From contig CANLQE010000001.1 in assembly GCA_947493215.1 (NCBI GenBank), positions 1,611,404 through 1,675,403 of the forward strand: a stretch of 64,000 nt of DNA. The letters are read 5' to 3'. The notes beneath the pieces are model-generated. The model had not been told where the DNA came from and ran no database searches. It saw nothing but the letters and a program-made list of their open reading frames with translations. The stretch comes from an uncultured Sphingomonadaceae bacterium (GTDB taxonomy: Bacteria > Pseudomonadota > Alphaproteobacteria > Sphingomonadales > Sphingomonadaceae). Each line of letters starts with the position of its first letter. Within the stretch, counting starts at the first letter, position 1. Made by a program: the position numbers and the translations under genes. Shown here one piece after another: positions 50,288 through 59,491 of this stretch.

Positions 50288-51010
50288 ATGAAAAAAGTGG
50301 TTTTGGTCATCGGCGCAGGCGACGCTATTGGTAGCGCCATCATGCGCGCCTTTGCGGAAAAGGACTATGTTGTTTGCGGCGCGCGACGTGGCGGAGAAAA
50401 GCTGGATCCGCTGGTCGAAGAGTTACGCAGTGCTGGCAAGCAAGCGCACGGATTTTCATGCGATGCGCGCAAGGAAGGTCAGGTTGAGGCCCTATTCGCT
50501 GATATCGAAGCCAATATCGGGCCGCTCGATTGCGTCGTTTTCAATGTCGGGGCCAATGTTCCAATGACCATCCTCGATACGGATGCGCGAAAATTTTTCA
50601 AGATTTGGGAAATGGCCACATTTGCTGGATTCTTAGCTGGACGAGAGGCCGCGCGCGTAATGACCAAACGCGGCCATGGCTCGATCATCTTTACTGGCGC
50701 AACGGCCAGCATGCGCGGCGCAGCGGGTTTCGGCGCTTTTGCGAGCGCCAAAGGTGCGCTGCGCAATATGGTACAAAGTCTCGCTCGCGAAATGGGGCCG
50801 CAAAATGTCCATGTCGCTCATGTGGTGATTGATGCCGCGGTCGACACGGATTGGATCAAGGGAATGCTGCCGGATTACGAAGAGCGCAAAGTCAATGATG
50901 GGGTTGTGAATCCTGATGACCTCGCACAAAATTATGTGATGCTCCACGAACAACCGCGCAGTGCCTGGACTTTTGAAATGGATGTCCGGCCATGGAATGA
51001 AAAATGGTAG
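50288..51010 (+). CDS. SDR-family oxidoreductase
   Basis: MKKVVLVIGAGDAIGSAI... (TGxxxGxG-like motif), and ...ASAKGALRNM... (the YxxxK region is replaced by SAK). Confidence 0.8.
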   Translation: MKKVVLVIGAGDAIGSAIMRAFAEKDYVVCGARRGGEKLDPLVEELRSAGKQAHGFSCDARKEGQVEALFADIEANIGPLDCVVFNVGANVPMTILDTDARKFFKIWEMATFAGFLAGREAARVMTKRGHGSIIFTGATASMRGAAGFGAFASAKGALRNMVQSLAREMGPQNVHVAHVVIDAAVDTDWIKGMLPDYEERKVNDGVVNPDDLAQNYVMLHEQPRSAWTFEMDVRPWNEKW

Positions 51011-51112
51011 TTTTTTGATTGTGTTCAATTGATTAAAGCCGCTTCCAAAGCGGTGGTCGAACATGTTGCTATGGTTCGATCAGATTTCCGCGAAACTATG
51101 AGGATATAATAT

Positions 51113-51712
51113 ATGGGTAAGGTCATTGAACTTGTTTTCGATTTTGTAAGCCCCAATGCTTACCTGATCTGGCATCCGCTAAAGGCATTGGCCGAAAAAC
51201 ATGGCGCGACGATTGAGGTGCTGCCGGCTTTTCTCGGCGGAATGCACAAACAGACCGGCAATGCGCCCCCGTTTATCCGGGATGCGGATGTGAAGGGCAA
51301 AAATGCTTATGCCATGCTGGAGATGAATCGCTTCATCGCCAAACAGGGGTTGACCAAATTTCAGATGAACCCGCATTTTCCGTTTAATACGATAAGTTTG
51401 CAGCGCATGCTTGTCGCGCTTGAGCCAGAAAAGCGTGCGGCATTTATTGAGACGTTACTGCCTGCGATATGGGAAGAGCAACTGGATGTTACGGATTTGG
51501 AAACACTAGGAAAAATCCTTCAGGATGGCGGTTTTGATGCGCAGGAGTTGTTTGCAAAGACGCAGGATCCGGCGGTTAAACAAAAGCTGATGGATAATGT
51601 CGAAAACGCTGTCGAGCGCGGCGCTTTTGGTATCCCGACCATGTATATCGATGGTGAAATGTACTTCGGCAAAGAACGTCTGGGACAAATTGAAGAGCAA
51701 CTATCTTCTTAG
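51113..51712 (+). CDS. 2-hydroxychromene-2-carboxylate isomerase/DsbA-like thioredoxin-fold protein
   Basis: 199 aa. ...ELVFDFVSPNAYL...RGAFGIPTMYIDGEMYFGKERL... is typical of the HCCA isomerase family. Confidence 0.75.
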   Translation: MGKVIELVFDFVSPNAYLIWHPLKALAEKHGATIEVLPAFLGGMHKQTGNAPPFIRDADVKGKNAYAMLEMNRFIAKQGLTKFQMNPHFPFNTISLQRMLVALEPEKRAAFIETLLPAIWEEQLDVTDLETLGKILQDGGFDAQELFAKTQDPAVKQKLMDNVENAVERGAFGIPTMYIDGEMYFGKERLGQIEEQLSS

Positions 51713-51727
51713 AGGCTCCCGCTAATC

Positions 51728-52735
51728 TCAAGGTTTGACTACCAAATTCCCGAGATGCTTGCCGTTGAACAGCATGAACAACGCTTCAGGAAAACGGTCA
51801 ATCCCTTCGACCACATGTTCTGGCAGAACAAGCTTTCCAGAGCGCATGAGTTCGGAGATTTCGGCGATAGCTTCGGGATATTGGGAAGCATAGTGACTGA
51901 CCACAAAACCTCGCATGGATGCATTATGTTCGGCCAATCGCAGATATAATTTCGGCCCACGCACATCTTCCAGATGTTGATATTGCGAGATAGCGCCGCA
52001 AATAACAACGCGGGCGCCCGACGCCGCTAGATTATCGAGCACATTGTCCAGAATTTCGCCGCCGACATTATCAAAAAATACGTTCACGCCATTCGGAGCA
52101 GCTTTTGCCAATGCTTCCGCGACATCCGACCCTTTATAGTCAATCGCGACATCCGCACCCAACGTATCCGTCAAATATTTGCATTTTTCCGGACCGCCCG
52201 CGATGCCGATGACAAATGCGCCGCGCTCTTTTGCCAATTGCACAACAACCGATCCGACGGCGCCAGCGGCCCCAGATACGACCACGACGTCATTCTCTTG
52301 TAATTCGCCAACAGCGATCAATCCAACCCAAGCGGTCAGACCGGTAGTAATGCCGAGCTGTCCTGCAAAAGCCGATGGCTCTATCCCGTCCTCGGGTTCA
52401 ATTTTGGTAGCCGCGCTATCGGGTAAAAGCGCATGGGTTTGCGCCGACATCAGGCCATATACCCAATCGCCGATGGCCAGGTTTTCGCTATTCGTTTCGA
52501 CAATCTGACCCACACCCAATGCACGGATAGTGGTTCCAATATCTCCAGTCTTGTGCATTCCTTCGTCATTCAACGTTGTCCTGATCCACGCGTCCATAGA
52601 AAGCGTGTCCACCTTTGCAACGACATGACCGGCCGGAATACTGTCGATACTGACGTCCTCAATACCAAAGTCATCTATAGTCGGCATGCCATTCGGCCGT
52701 TGCTTAATAAAAACTCTGCGGTTCTGAGTAGCGAT
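51728..52735 (-). CDS. NADP-dependent oxidoreductase (MDR, CurA/YncB-like), probable ATC initiation
   Basis: The first ATG is at 52687. However, the in-frame upstream codons read I-A-T-Q-N-R-R-V-F-I-K-Q-R-P-N-G, the conserved CurA-like N-terminus (NRRWVLASRPHG). AGGAG (52743-52747) lies 7 nt upstream of ATC 52735. No ATG, GTG or TTG occurs before the upstream stop. Confidence 0.8.
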   Translation of the reverse strand: MATQNRRVFIKQRPNGMPTIDDFGIEDVSIDSIPAGHVVAKVDTLSMDAWIRTTLNDEGMHKTGDIGTTIRALGVGQIVETNSENLAIGDWVYGLMSAQTHALLPDSAATKIEPEDGIEPSAFAGQLGITTGLTAWVGLIAVGELQENDVVVVSGAAGAVGSVVVQLAKERGAFVIGIAGGPEKCKYLTDTLGADVAIDYKGSDVAEALAKAAPNGVNVFFDNVGGEILDNVLDNLAASGARVVICGAISQYQHLEDVRGPKLYLRLAEHNASMRGFVVSHYASQYPEAIAEISELMRSGKLVLPEHVVEGIDRFPEALFMLFNGKHLGNLVVKP

Positions 52736-52901
52736 GACCGAACTCCTGTCGTTGGTTGTGAAGAGCGTCCGACCTTATGAACATGTCCTTTTGTAACAAG
52801 TAGCAGTTTGATTAGCTCAACTGGCAAACTTCAAATCCGGTTGGCAATCATTTTGGGAAATAGGCTTGCTCGGGCCTGACCGTTGTGCTGAGTGAGGGCC
52901 T

Positions 52902-53081
52902 ATGGAATCTCCATGTAAAAATATCTGTGCGATCGATCCGCCTACCGGTCTTTGCGTTGGATGTGGGCGTACTCTGTCTGAAATCGGGGAATGGGCCTCT
53001 GCGCCGCCGGAACGTAAGCAGCAGATATTATCGATGTTGCCTGAGCGCATGCAGAATATCGGCAAAAATACGAAACAGTGA
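52902..53081 (+). CDS. DUF1289 domain (YdhL-like Cys-rich) small protein
   Basis: Not in the ORF track (59 aa). [46 protein letters not shown]... has the CxxxC...GxCxGCxRTxxEIxxW pattern. The track ORF 52885..53121 is another frame. Confidence 0.75.
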   Translation: MESPCKNICAIDPPTGLCVGCGRTLSEIGEWASAPPERKQQILSMLPERMQNIGKNTKQ

Positions 53082-53087
53082 TGGCCG

Positions 53088-53990
53088 TTATGGGGAAACC
53101 AAAGTCGTGTTCATATATTGATTTAACGCATCAACAAAAACCCGGGTTTTAAAGGGAAGATGTTGTCGATTGGGGTAAACAGCATAAATCGCGCGATCAT
53201 CAATTTTACTGCTATCTTCCAGGATGGCTTTTAGCTTTCCTGACGCAATTTCAGAGGAAACCAGAAAGTGCGCAAGACGGGCGATGCCCATATTATGTAA
53301 CGCAGCAGCCTTCACGGTAAGGCCAATTCCCGAAAACACGCTATTGATCCGGATTGTTTCTGCTTCGTCTCCATAACTAAATGTCCATTGGTCGTTGGTT
53401 TGGCCTTTGGCATGGATAGCCAGGCAACGATGGTTCAGGAGATCAGAAGGTCCTGTGGGGGTTCCATATTGTTCCAGATATTCTGGTGAAGCGCATATTA
53501 TCCAAGGATCATCAATAAGCTTGCGGGCGATGAATGACGTTTCTGTCGGTCGATCAAATAGCAGCGCGATATCGACCCGCTCATCCAGCAGATTGATCCC
53601 GCCATCGGCTGGCAGCAGCAGTACCGACACTTCTGGATAATCCTTTGAGAAATTCTTGAGGAACGGCACTAAGATTTGCAATGAAAGTGCATCAGAGGCT
53701 GCGATGCGTAATATCCCTCTGGGCGCTGTGCTTAAGTTACGTGCCGTGTCTTCAGCATCCTCGATAGCGACCAGAATATTTTCGCATCGTTCGAATAGAG
53801 CATTTCCAGCTTCGGTCAGCGACAATGTGCGCGTCGTGCGATTGAATAATCTGACGCCCAGCCGATCCTCAAACCGGCTGATTTTCTTGCTTACGCCCGA
53901 TGATGTCAGCCCAAGCCTGCGGCCTGCTTCGATAAAGCTACCTGACTGTGCGACTTCGCTGAAAACAGACATTTCATGTGTAGGATGCAT
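53088..53990 (-). CDS. LysR-family transcriptional regulator
   Basis: 300 aa. N-terminal HTH ...FSEVAQSGSFIEAGRRLGLTSSGVSKKISRFEDRLGVRLFNRTTR... Confidence 0.92.
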   Translation of the reverse strand: MHPTHEMSVFSEVAQSGSFIEAGRRLGLTSSGVSKKISRFEDRLGVRLFNRTTRTLSLTEAGNALFERCENILVAIEDAEDTARNLSTAPRGILRIAASDALSLQILVPFLKNFSKDYPEVSVLLLPADGGINLLDERVDIALLFDRPTETSFIARKLIDDPWIICASPEYLEQYGTPTGPSDLLNHRCLAIHAKGQTNDQWTFSYGDEAETIRINSVFSGIGLTVKAAALHNMGIARLAHFLVSSEIASGKLKAILEDSSKIDDRAIYAVYPNRQHLPFKTRVFVDALNQYMNTTLVSP

Positions 53991-54254
53991 GCTTGATAGT
54001 TGCTCTTATTAATGAAATTTTGTCAATAATCATTTTCCATAAAGTCCATTTATTCAATTTATAAAAAAGACTATCTGTCCATCGATGAAAGGCAGTGGCC
54101 CCCTCTGTTGCCTTGATTTCCGCAGCAGCTTTTCCGGCTGCGGCGAACGGCTCGGCCTAACCCCCCTAATGGCCGAGCCAATTTCCAGCTGATCAATTTA
54201 CCGATGATAGGTCGATCAAGCCAAATGACCCGGACAGATGCATAGGAATAAACC

Positions 54255-54626
54255 ATGGAAGACGAAGTAATCGCGTTGATAAAGTCCGGCATGAAGCTCA
54301 GATGTGGACATTGCGGACAGGGCAAAGTTTTCAGAAGTTATTTAAAATTCCACGATAACTGTCCAAATTGTCGTCAGGATTTAACCATCGCTGATACGGC
54401 CGACGGCCCCGCTTTTTTTGTCGGTTTTTTCACAATGATTATCTTTGCACCGATAACTTTGGCGCTTGTCCAATCTGTAGATACGATATTTGCCAAGATA
54501 TTGTGGTTTGTCGCAGGCATATTACTGTGTTCGGTTATATGCTTGGCCCTTCTGCCACCGGTAAAAGCGATATTGCTTAATTTGCAGATTAATTATGATT
54601 CGGGTGAAGGAACGACAGATAAATAG
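54255..54626 (+). CDS. DUF983 domain membrane protein
   Basis: ...CGHCGQGKVFRSYLKFHDNCPNCRQDL...DGPAFFVGF..., a zinc-ribbon followed by 2 TM segments. Confidence 0.75.
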   Translation: MEDEVIALIKSGMKLRCGHCGQGKVFRSYLKFHDNCPNCRQDLTIADTADGPAFFVGFFTMIIFAPITLALVQSVDTIFAKILWFVAGILLCSVICLALLPPVKAILLNLQINYDSGEGTTDK

Positions 54627-54667
54627 CGCGCCGTTTGACGGCAAATGAGGCGCCAAGAGTTCCTGTC

Positions 54668-55075
54668 TTAGGCTTTCACGAACCGTAACACCAGATAGGC
54701 CGTCAACGCAGCCGTAACGCCTGTCGCGAACGTGCCCCAAGCAATGTCATAAAGCGTGATTTTGGTGGACCAGACTTTTAGCACAGCCTGACTGGTGAGG
54801 TCATATGTCGCATAGGCAATTCCGCCGAATAGCGCGCCGTTGAGCAACGCTGTTGTCCATTGTCCACTGGCCAGCGCCGGTTTGACCCCAAACCAGATGA
54901 TACCAAACAGATATATGAAGTAGAAAGCCATTGCCGGTAATTTGCGAAACTCGTCGGCCATAATCTCTCCGATTACAGGACGATATAAGCTGTTCGCCAT
55001 GTTGCTGAGCCATAGAAAATCGAGAATGCCGAAAATAACGGCGGCAATAATATAAGCGATGACAAATTGGGTCAT
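54668..55075 (-). CDS. DUF2177-family membrane protein
   Basis: 135 aa with 4 TM segments. ...ILDFLWLS...FGGIAYATYDLT... Confidence 0.6.
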   Translation of the reverse strand: MTQFVIAYIIAAVIFGILDFLWLSNMANSLYRPVIGEIMADEFRKLPAMAFYFIYLFGIIWFGVKPALASGQWTTALLNGALFGGIAYATYDLTSQAVLKVWSTKITLYDIAWGTFATGVTAALTAYLVLRFVKA

Positions 55076-55104
55076 AATGGTTCCTGTTCGTGCGCCCTGG
55101 TCAC

Positions 55105-55764
55105 TCAGGCGTGTTTCAACGTTCTTGTCCTGCCAACAAATGCAGCTGCAGCCGCCGCTACTGCGAAAGCGATCAATGCGGTTATCATCATCGCAGTGTC
55201 AGCCGCTTCGGGTTCTGGTCCAAACCAGTTAGACGCCTGGAAGACGAGCAGCAATATGACCAGAAGCACTAAGGCCAGTTTGGAGCGCGGTGCGGTTGAT
55301 CGCGTGCGAAACACGAAAAAAGCGAGTGCGCCAAAGGTCAAAAGCAGTTCCAACGGCATGGCTATGGCAGGTTGGTTCCAAAGCCCAAAACCCAGATTCG
55401 GCGGCGATCCTGCCAGTGTCAGATCCGGTGCATGGACCAGCAGATCGAGCAACCAATGGGACAGTACAACAAGGCCGCCAATTAGCGCCCCGGTCTTATT
55501 GCGAGTGAACAACCAGATCAGTAGGGCAAAGCCCAAAGCCCAGACACCGCTACCGAGTAAACTATGCGTATATGGCATGTCATAAAGGTCCAGTGGGTTC
55601 ATTGCCGTCATCCCCGGCGTAATCCGAAAATTTTCGATGCCGAAAATGGCAAGCCCGAAAAATCCAAAATCGACCAATTGCCCGGCAACAAATAAAAGAC
55701 CCAGTCCGGGTGCCTTGGGATGAGTTGCGGCGACCATTGCCGGCGCGAAATGCCCGATGAACAT
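55105..55764 (-). CDS. Polytopic membrane protein, putative metal-dependent hydrolase
   Basis: 219 aa. MFIGHFAPA...THSLLGS...LSHWLLDLLVH... gives a His-rich pattern in TM helices. It is probably co-transcribed with the DUF2177 gene (29-nt gap). Confidence 0.5.
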   Translation of the reverse strand: MFIGHFAPAMVAATHPKAPGLGLLFVAGQLVDFGFFGLAIFGIENFRITPGMTAMNPLDLYDMPYTHSLLGSGVWALGFALLIWLFTRNKTGALIGGLVVLSHWLLDLLVHAPDLTLAGSPPNLGFGLWNQPAIAMPLELLLTFGALAFFVFRTRSTAPRSKLALVLLVILLLVFQASNWFGPEPEAADTAMMITALIAFAVAAAAAAFVGRTRTLKHA

Positions 55765-55900
55765 ATTGTTCTCCCCTTATAGGCTTTAATCCTAACTCTG
55801 ATGTCTTCAAATAGCCAGATTGCTGTCAAGGCAGGGAAACTGATCAAATTGCGCTGTCGAGGTCTTGACCGAAACCCAAAGCGCCGTCATTGCAATGGGC

Positions 55901-56161
55901 ATGAGTGAAACCGACCAAAATATATCAGAAGACAATGCTGATCTGAACTTTGAAGATGCGTTGCGGCGTTTGGAAGACATCGTCCGCAAATTGGAAAGTG
56001 GTGATGTACCCCTCGACCAATCAATTGCTCTTTATGAGCAAGGCGAGAAACTGCGCGGATTGTGCCAAAAACGCCTTGAAGATGCACAGGCGAAGATAGA
56101 GAAAATTACGCTTGATCGCGATGGCAAGGCTCAAGGCGTTACTGCCTTCGACGCAGATTAA
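55901..56161 (+). CDS. xseB: Exodeoxyribonuclease VII small subunit
   Basis: ...LNFEDALRRLEDIVRKLESGDVPLDQSIALYEQGEKLRGLCQKRLEDAQAKIEKI... The start is uncertain: ATG 55901 or 55895, or TTG 55865. Confidence 0.88.
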   Translation: MSETDQNISEDNADLNFEDALRRLEDIVRKLESGDVPLDQSIALYEQGEKLRGLCQKRLEDAQAKIEKITLDRDGKAQGVTAFDAD

Positions 56162-56163
56162 CG

Positions 56164-57066
56164 GTGGCCGCGAACAATAATATGGATTTGCGGCAAGAAA
56201 TGGACCGCGTTGCTGGTGCGGTGGACAAGCAATTTGACCTGTTGCTGGCCGTGCCAGATGATGCGCGGGCGCAGCTTTTTGAAACTATGCGCTATGCTGC
56301 GATTGGTGGCGGTAAAAGGCTGCGGCCTTTGCTGGTCATGGCAACCTCGCGCCTTTTTAATGTTGATGAAAATTGTGCTTTGCGTGCGGCCGCGGCCTTG
56401 GAGGCGTTGCATGTCTATTCGCTGATCCATGACGATTTACCGTGTATGGACGATGACGATATGCGACGCGGGAAAGCTACCGCACATAAGGCTTTTGGCG
56501 AAGCGCAGGCGGTTCTCGCCGGTGACGCGCTCCATGCGCTAGCGTTCGAGCTGCTTGCTGACGAAACTACGCATAGCGATCCTTTTGTCCGCGCCGAGAT
56601 GGTCGGCTGTCTTGCCAAGGCAGCGGGTCCGTCAGGCATGGCCGGCGGGCAGATGATGGATCTCGTCGCTGAAACAACAACATTTGATTTGCCGACAGTG
56701 ACGCGCCTGCAGCAGCTCAAGACCGGAGCGTTGATTAGCGCCTGTGTTGAAATCGGTGCGATATTGGGGCGTGTTCCGGTCGAAGGCCGGACAGCATTGC
56801 GAGGCTATGCTCATGATCTCGGTCTCGCTTTTCAGATTGCCGATGACATTTTGGATGTCGAGGGTGATGAAGCGTTGGCCGGCAAAGCACTTCACAAAGA
56901 TGAAAAGGCAGGAAAACAGACATTTTTGAGCTTGATGGGGCTGGAGCGCGCCAAGGAACAGGCGCAAATGCTGGTCGATCAGGCAAAATCACATTTAAAC
57001 TGCTATGGTGAAGAAGCCGATTTGCTTCGTACCGTCGCTGAATATACGGTCCAGCGGGACCGATAA
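56164..57066 (+). CDS. ispA: Polyprenyl (farnesyl/geranylgeranyl) diphosphate synthase
   Basis: First DDxxD region LIHDDLPCMDDDDMRRG and second motif QIADDILD. The start is GTG 56164 or ATG 56182. Confidence 0.92.
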   Translation: MAANNNMDLRQEMDRVAGAVDKQFDLLLAVPDDARAQLFETMRYAAIGGGKRLRPLLVMATSRLFNVDENCALRAAAALEALHVYSLIHDDLPCMDDDDMRRGKATAHKAFGEAQAVLAGDALHALAFELLADETTHSDPFVRAEMVGCLAKAAGPSGMAGGQMMDLVAETTTFDLPTVTRLQQLKTGALISACVEIGAILGRVPVEGRTALRGYAHDLGLAFQIADDILDVEGDEALAGKALHKDEKAGKQTFLSLMGLERAKEQAQMLVDQAKSHLNCYGEEADLLRTVAEYTVQRDR

Positions 57067-57101
57067 TCATTATCCGGGCGGTTGCCCATGGGGGAGATGT
57101 T

Positions 57102-57605
57102 ATGAGAGTTGGTGTTTATCCTGGGACTTTTGATCCCGTGACATTGGGGCATATGGACATTATTCAGCGTGGCACACGGCTGGTGGATAAATTGGTAATT
57201 GGCGTGACGACCAATCCTTCGAAATCACCGATGTTTTCTTTGGAAGAGCGACTGGAAATGGTTCGGCGGGAAACTGCCGATCTGGGCGATGCGGTAGAAG
57301 TGGTCGCCTTTAATGCGCTGTTGATGAAATTTGCTCAGAAACAGGGCGCTAGCGTTATTGTCCGCGGACTGCGGGCGGTCGCCGATTTCGAATATGAATA
57401 TCAAATGGCAGGTATGAACCAGCAACTGAACGATCAGATTGAAACGGTGTTTCTAATGGCGGATGTTTCATTGCAGCCGATTGCGTCGCGCCTGGTCAAG
57501 GAAATCGCAGTATATGGGGGAGATATTCATAAATTTGTTCCGCCCAAGGTTTGTGAAGAGGTAGTCGCCCGCGTTTCGGAAACGGGCTTGAAAGGCGATC
57601 AATAA
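57102..57605 (+). CDS. coaD: Phosphopantetheine adenylyltransferase
   Basis: MRVGVYPGTFDPVTLGHMDIIQRG... Confidence 0.97.
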   Translation: MRVGVYPGTFDPVTLGHMDIIQRGTRLVDKLVIGVTTNPSKSPMFSLEERLEMVRRETADLGDAVEVVAFNALLMKFAQKQGASVIVRGLRAVADFEYEYQMAGMNQQLNDQIETVFLMADVSLQPIASRLVKEIAVYGGDIHKFVPPKVCEEVVARVSETGLKGDQ

Positions 57606-57760
57606 ATAGAGATGAGATCAACGATCGAGTCGCTATCTACGCTATTTGACAAGCAGTTCATTGCGGTGAAAGCATAACTCGTCCAATAGGCGGCAATATT
57701 GTGATCAGGCAGTCCAGAGGGATTTGCCATGACGACCAAAGAATAGGTGAGTAGTTACAT

Positions 57761-58414
57761 ATGCTAAGCAAATTTATTGTTTCCCTTTTCGCCGTTGCCA
57801 TGATGAGCACGGGCGCGGTGGCACAGGAGCAAACTAGTCCTGCGGAGCCTGCTCCGGTTTCGGTTCCTCCGGAAGAAAATATGCTCCATCTCGACCTATC
57901 GACCGGCGGGCGAGTAACTATACAATTATATCCTCAAATGGCCCCCAATCACGTGGAACGGATCAAGGCATTGACCCGTCAGGGTTTTTATGACGGGATA
58001 ATTTTTCATCGTGTGATCGAAGGCTTTATGGCACAAACCGGTGACCCAACTGGGACCGGTACAGGCGGATCAGAGTTGCCGGACCTGAAAGCTGAGTTCC
58101 ATGCTTTTCCACACCTAAGGGGTGTGGTTTCAATGGCTCGGGCCGAGGGTGAGGATAGCGCGAATAGCCAGTTTTTCATCGTATTCTATCCGCGATTTGC
58201 ATTGGATAAGAAATATACTGTATTCGGCCGGGTGTCGGCTGGCATGCAATATGTCGACGCGATTAATCGCGGCGAACCGCCGGCGAGTCCTAGCCGGATT
58301 TTGCAGGCTTCGATTGCTGCCGATGGCAAAGAGCCTCCAGCGGCTCGCGTGTTTTCGCCAGTGCCGGAGAAAGAAATTTCGGTCGATGATCTGAACGCGC
58401 CAATTAACCCATAG
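57761..58414 (+). CDS. Periplasmic cyclophilin-type peptidyl-prolyl cis-trans isomerase
   Basis: Signal peptide ...STGAVAQE. ...FYDGIIFHRVIEGFMAQTGDPTGTGTGGS...SQFFI... Confidence 0.93.
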   Translation: MLSKFIVSLFAVAMMSTGAVAQEQTSPAEPAPVSVPPEENMLHLDLSTGGRVTIQLYPQMAPNHVERIKALTRQGFYDGIIFHRVIEGFMAQTGDPTGTGTGGSELPDLKAEFHAFPHLRGVVSMARAEGEDSANSQFFIVFYPRFALDKKYTVFGRVSAGMQYVDAINRGEPPASPSRILQASIAADGKEPPAARVFSPVPEKEISVDDLNAPINP

Positions 58415-58423
58415 ATTTCTCTG

Positions 58424-59452
58424 GTGCGCGTTGATCTTTTCGATTTTGCGCTGCCGCAAGAAAATATCGCTCTCAGGCCAGCTGTGCCAAGAGATAGCGC
58501 GCGGATGCTCCATGTTGCCGGTTCCGGACAATTGTCTGATCATGTCGTTCGCGATCTACCGCAGCTATTGTCAAAAAATGATGTCCTGGTGTTCAACGAC
58601 ACCAAGGTGATCCCGGCGCAATTGGAAGGGCGTCGTGGCGAAGCAAAAATCGGTGCGACTTTGCATAAGCGCGTTGATCTCAGGCGTTGGCAGGCCTTTA
58701 TTCGCAATGCCAAACGGCTAAAAACTGGTGATATTGTCGATTTTGGCGAAAGCGTATCGGCTCGGGCTGAAGAAAAATATGGTGATGGCAGCTTTCTGCT
58801 GCATTTCCTGGGCGATGAACCCGTTGAGGTGCTGCTTGGAAGAGCCGGCACCATGCCGCTACCCCCTTATATTGCCAGCAAGCGTGATATTGATGCGCGC
58901 GATGCCGAAGATTATCAGACGATGTTTGCCCGCGAAAAAGGCGCCGTAGCCGCGCCGACAGCCGCGCTACATTTTACCGATGATTTGGTGACTGCACTTG
59001 GTGATGCAGGTGTTGGGCAGGAAACCCTGACCCTGCATGTTGGTGCAGGAACTTTTCTTCCAGTGAAAGTGGATGAGACCGATGACCATCAAATGCATAG
59101 TGAATGGGGCAGAATTGAACCTGAGGTAGCGGACCGTCTCAATCAGGCACGCCAGAACGGTGGTCGGGTGATTTCAGTTGGCACGACCAGCCTGCGCCTG
59201 TTGGAAAGTGCAACCGGTGAAGACGGCATTATCAAGCCGTTTGAAGGGGACACCGACATATTCATTATGCCCGGCTATAAATTCCGGGCGATAGACGGCC
59301 TCATGACGAATTTCCATTTGCCCAAATCGACACTATTCATGCTGGTCAGCGCCCTCATGGGGCTGGAGAAGATGCAATCGGCATATGGCCATGCTATTTC
59401 CGAGGGATATCGTTTTTACAGCTATGGCGATTCTAGCCTGTTACTGCCCTAG
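58424..59452 (+). CDS. queA: tRNA preQ1(34) S-adenosylmethionine ribosyltransferase-isomerase
   Basis: GTG start. MRVDLFDFALPQENIALRPA...LPPYI...VGTTSLRLLES... Confidence 0.96.
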   Translation: MRVDLFDFALPQENIALRPAVPRDSARMLHVAGSGQLSDHVVRDLPQLLSKNDVLVFNDTKVIPAQLEGRRGEAKIGATLHKRVDLRRWQAFIRNAKRLKTGDIVDFGESVSARAEEKYGDGSFLLHFLGDEPVEVLLGRAGTMPLPPYIASKRDIDARDAEDYQTMFAREKGAVAAPTAALHFTDDLVTALGDAGVGQETLTLHVGAGTFLPVKVDETDDHQMHSEWGRIEPEVADRLNQARQNGGRVISVGTTSLRLLESATGEDGIIKPFEGDTDIFIMPGYKFRAIDGLMTNFHLPKSTLFMLVSALMGLEKMQSAYGHAISEGYRFYSYGDSSLLLP

Positions 59453-59491
59453 AAAACGGTTTTACGATCTGTCGGTGGTGTCCCCTAAAAC

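Noticed and set aside
52885-53121. Track ORF of 78 aa on the plus strand.
   Set aside because: It is in the wrong frame and overlaps the LysR gene end. The frame starting at 52902 encodes a clear DUF1289 Cys motif.
54071-54325. 84-aa minus-strand ORF divergent-region candidate next to the LysR gene.
   Set aside because: It overlaps the DUF983 gene start and the GC hairpins. Its composition is Cys/Arg/Ser-rich and it has no SD or homology pattern.
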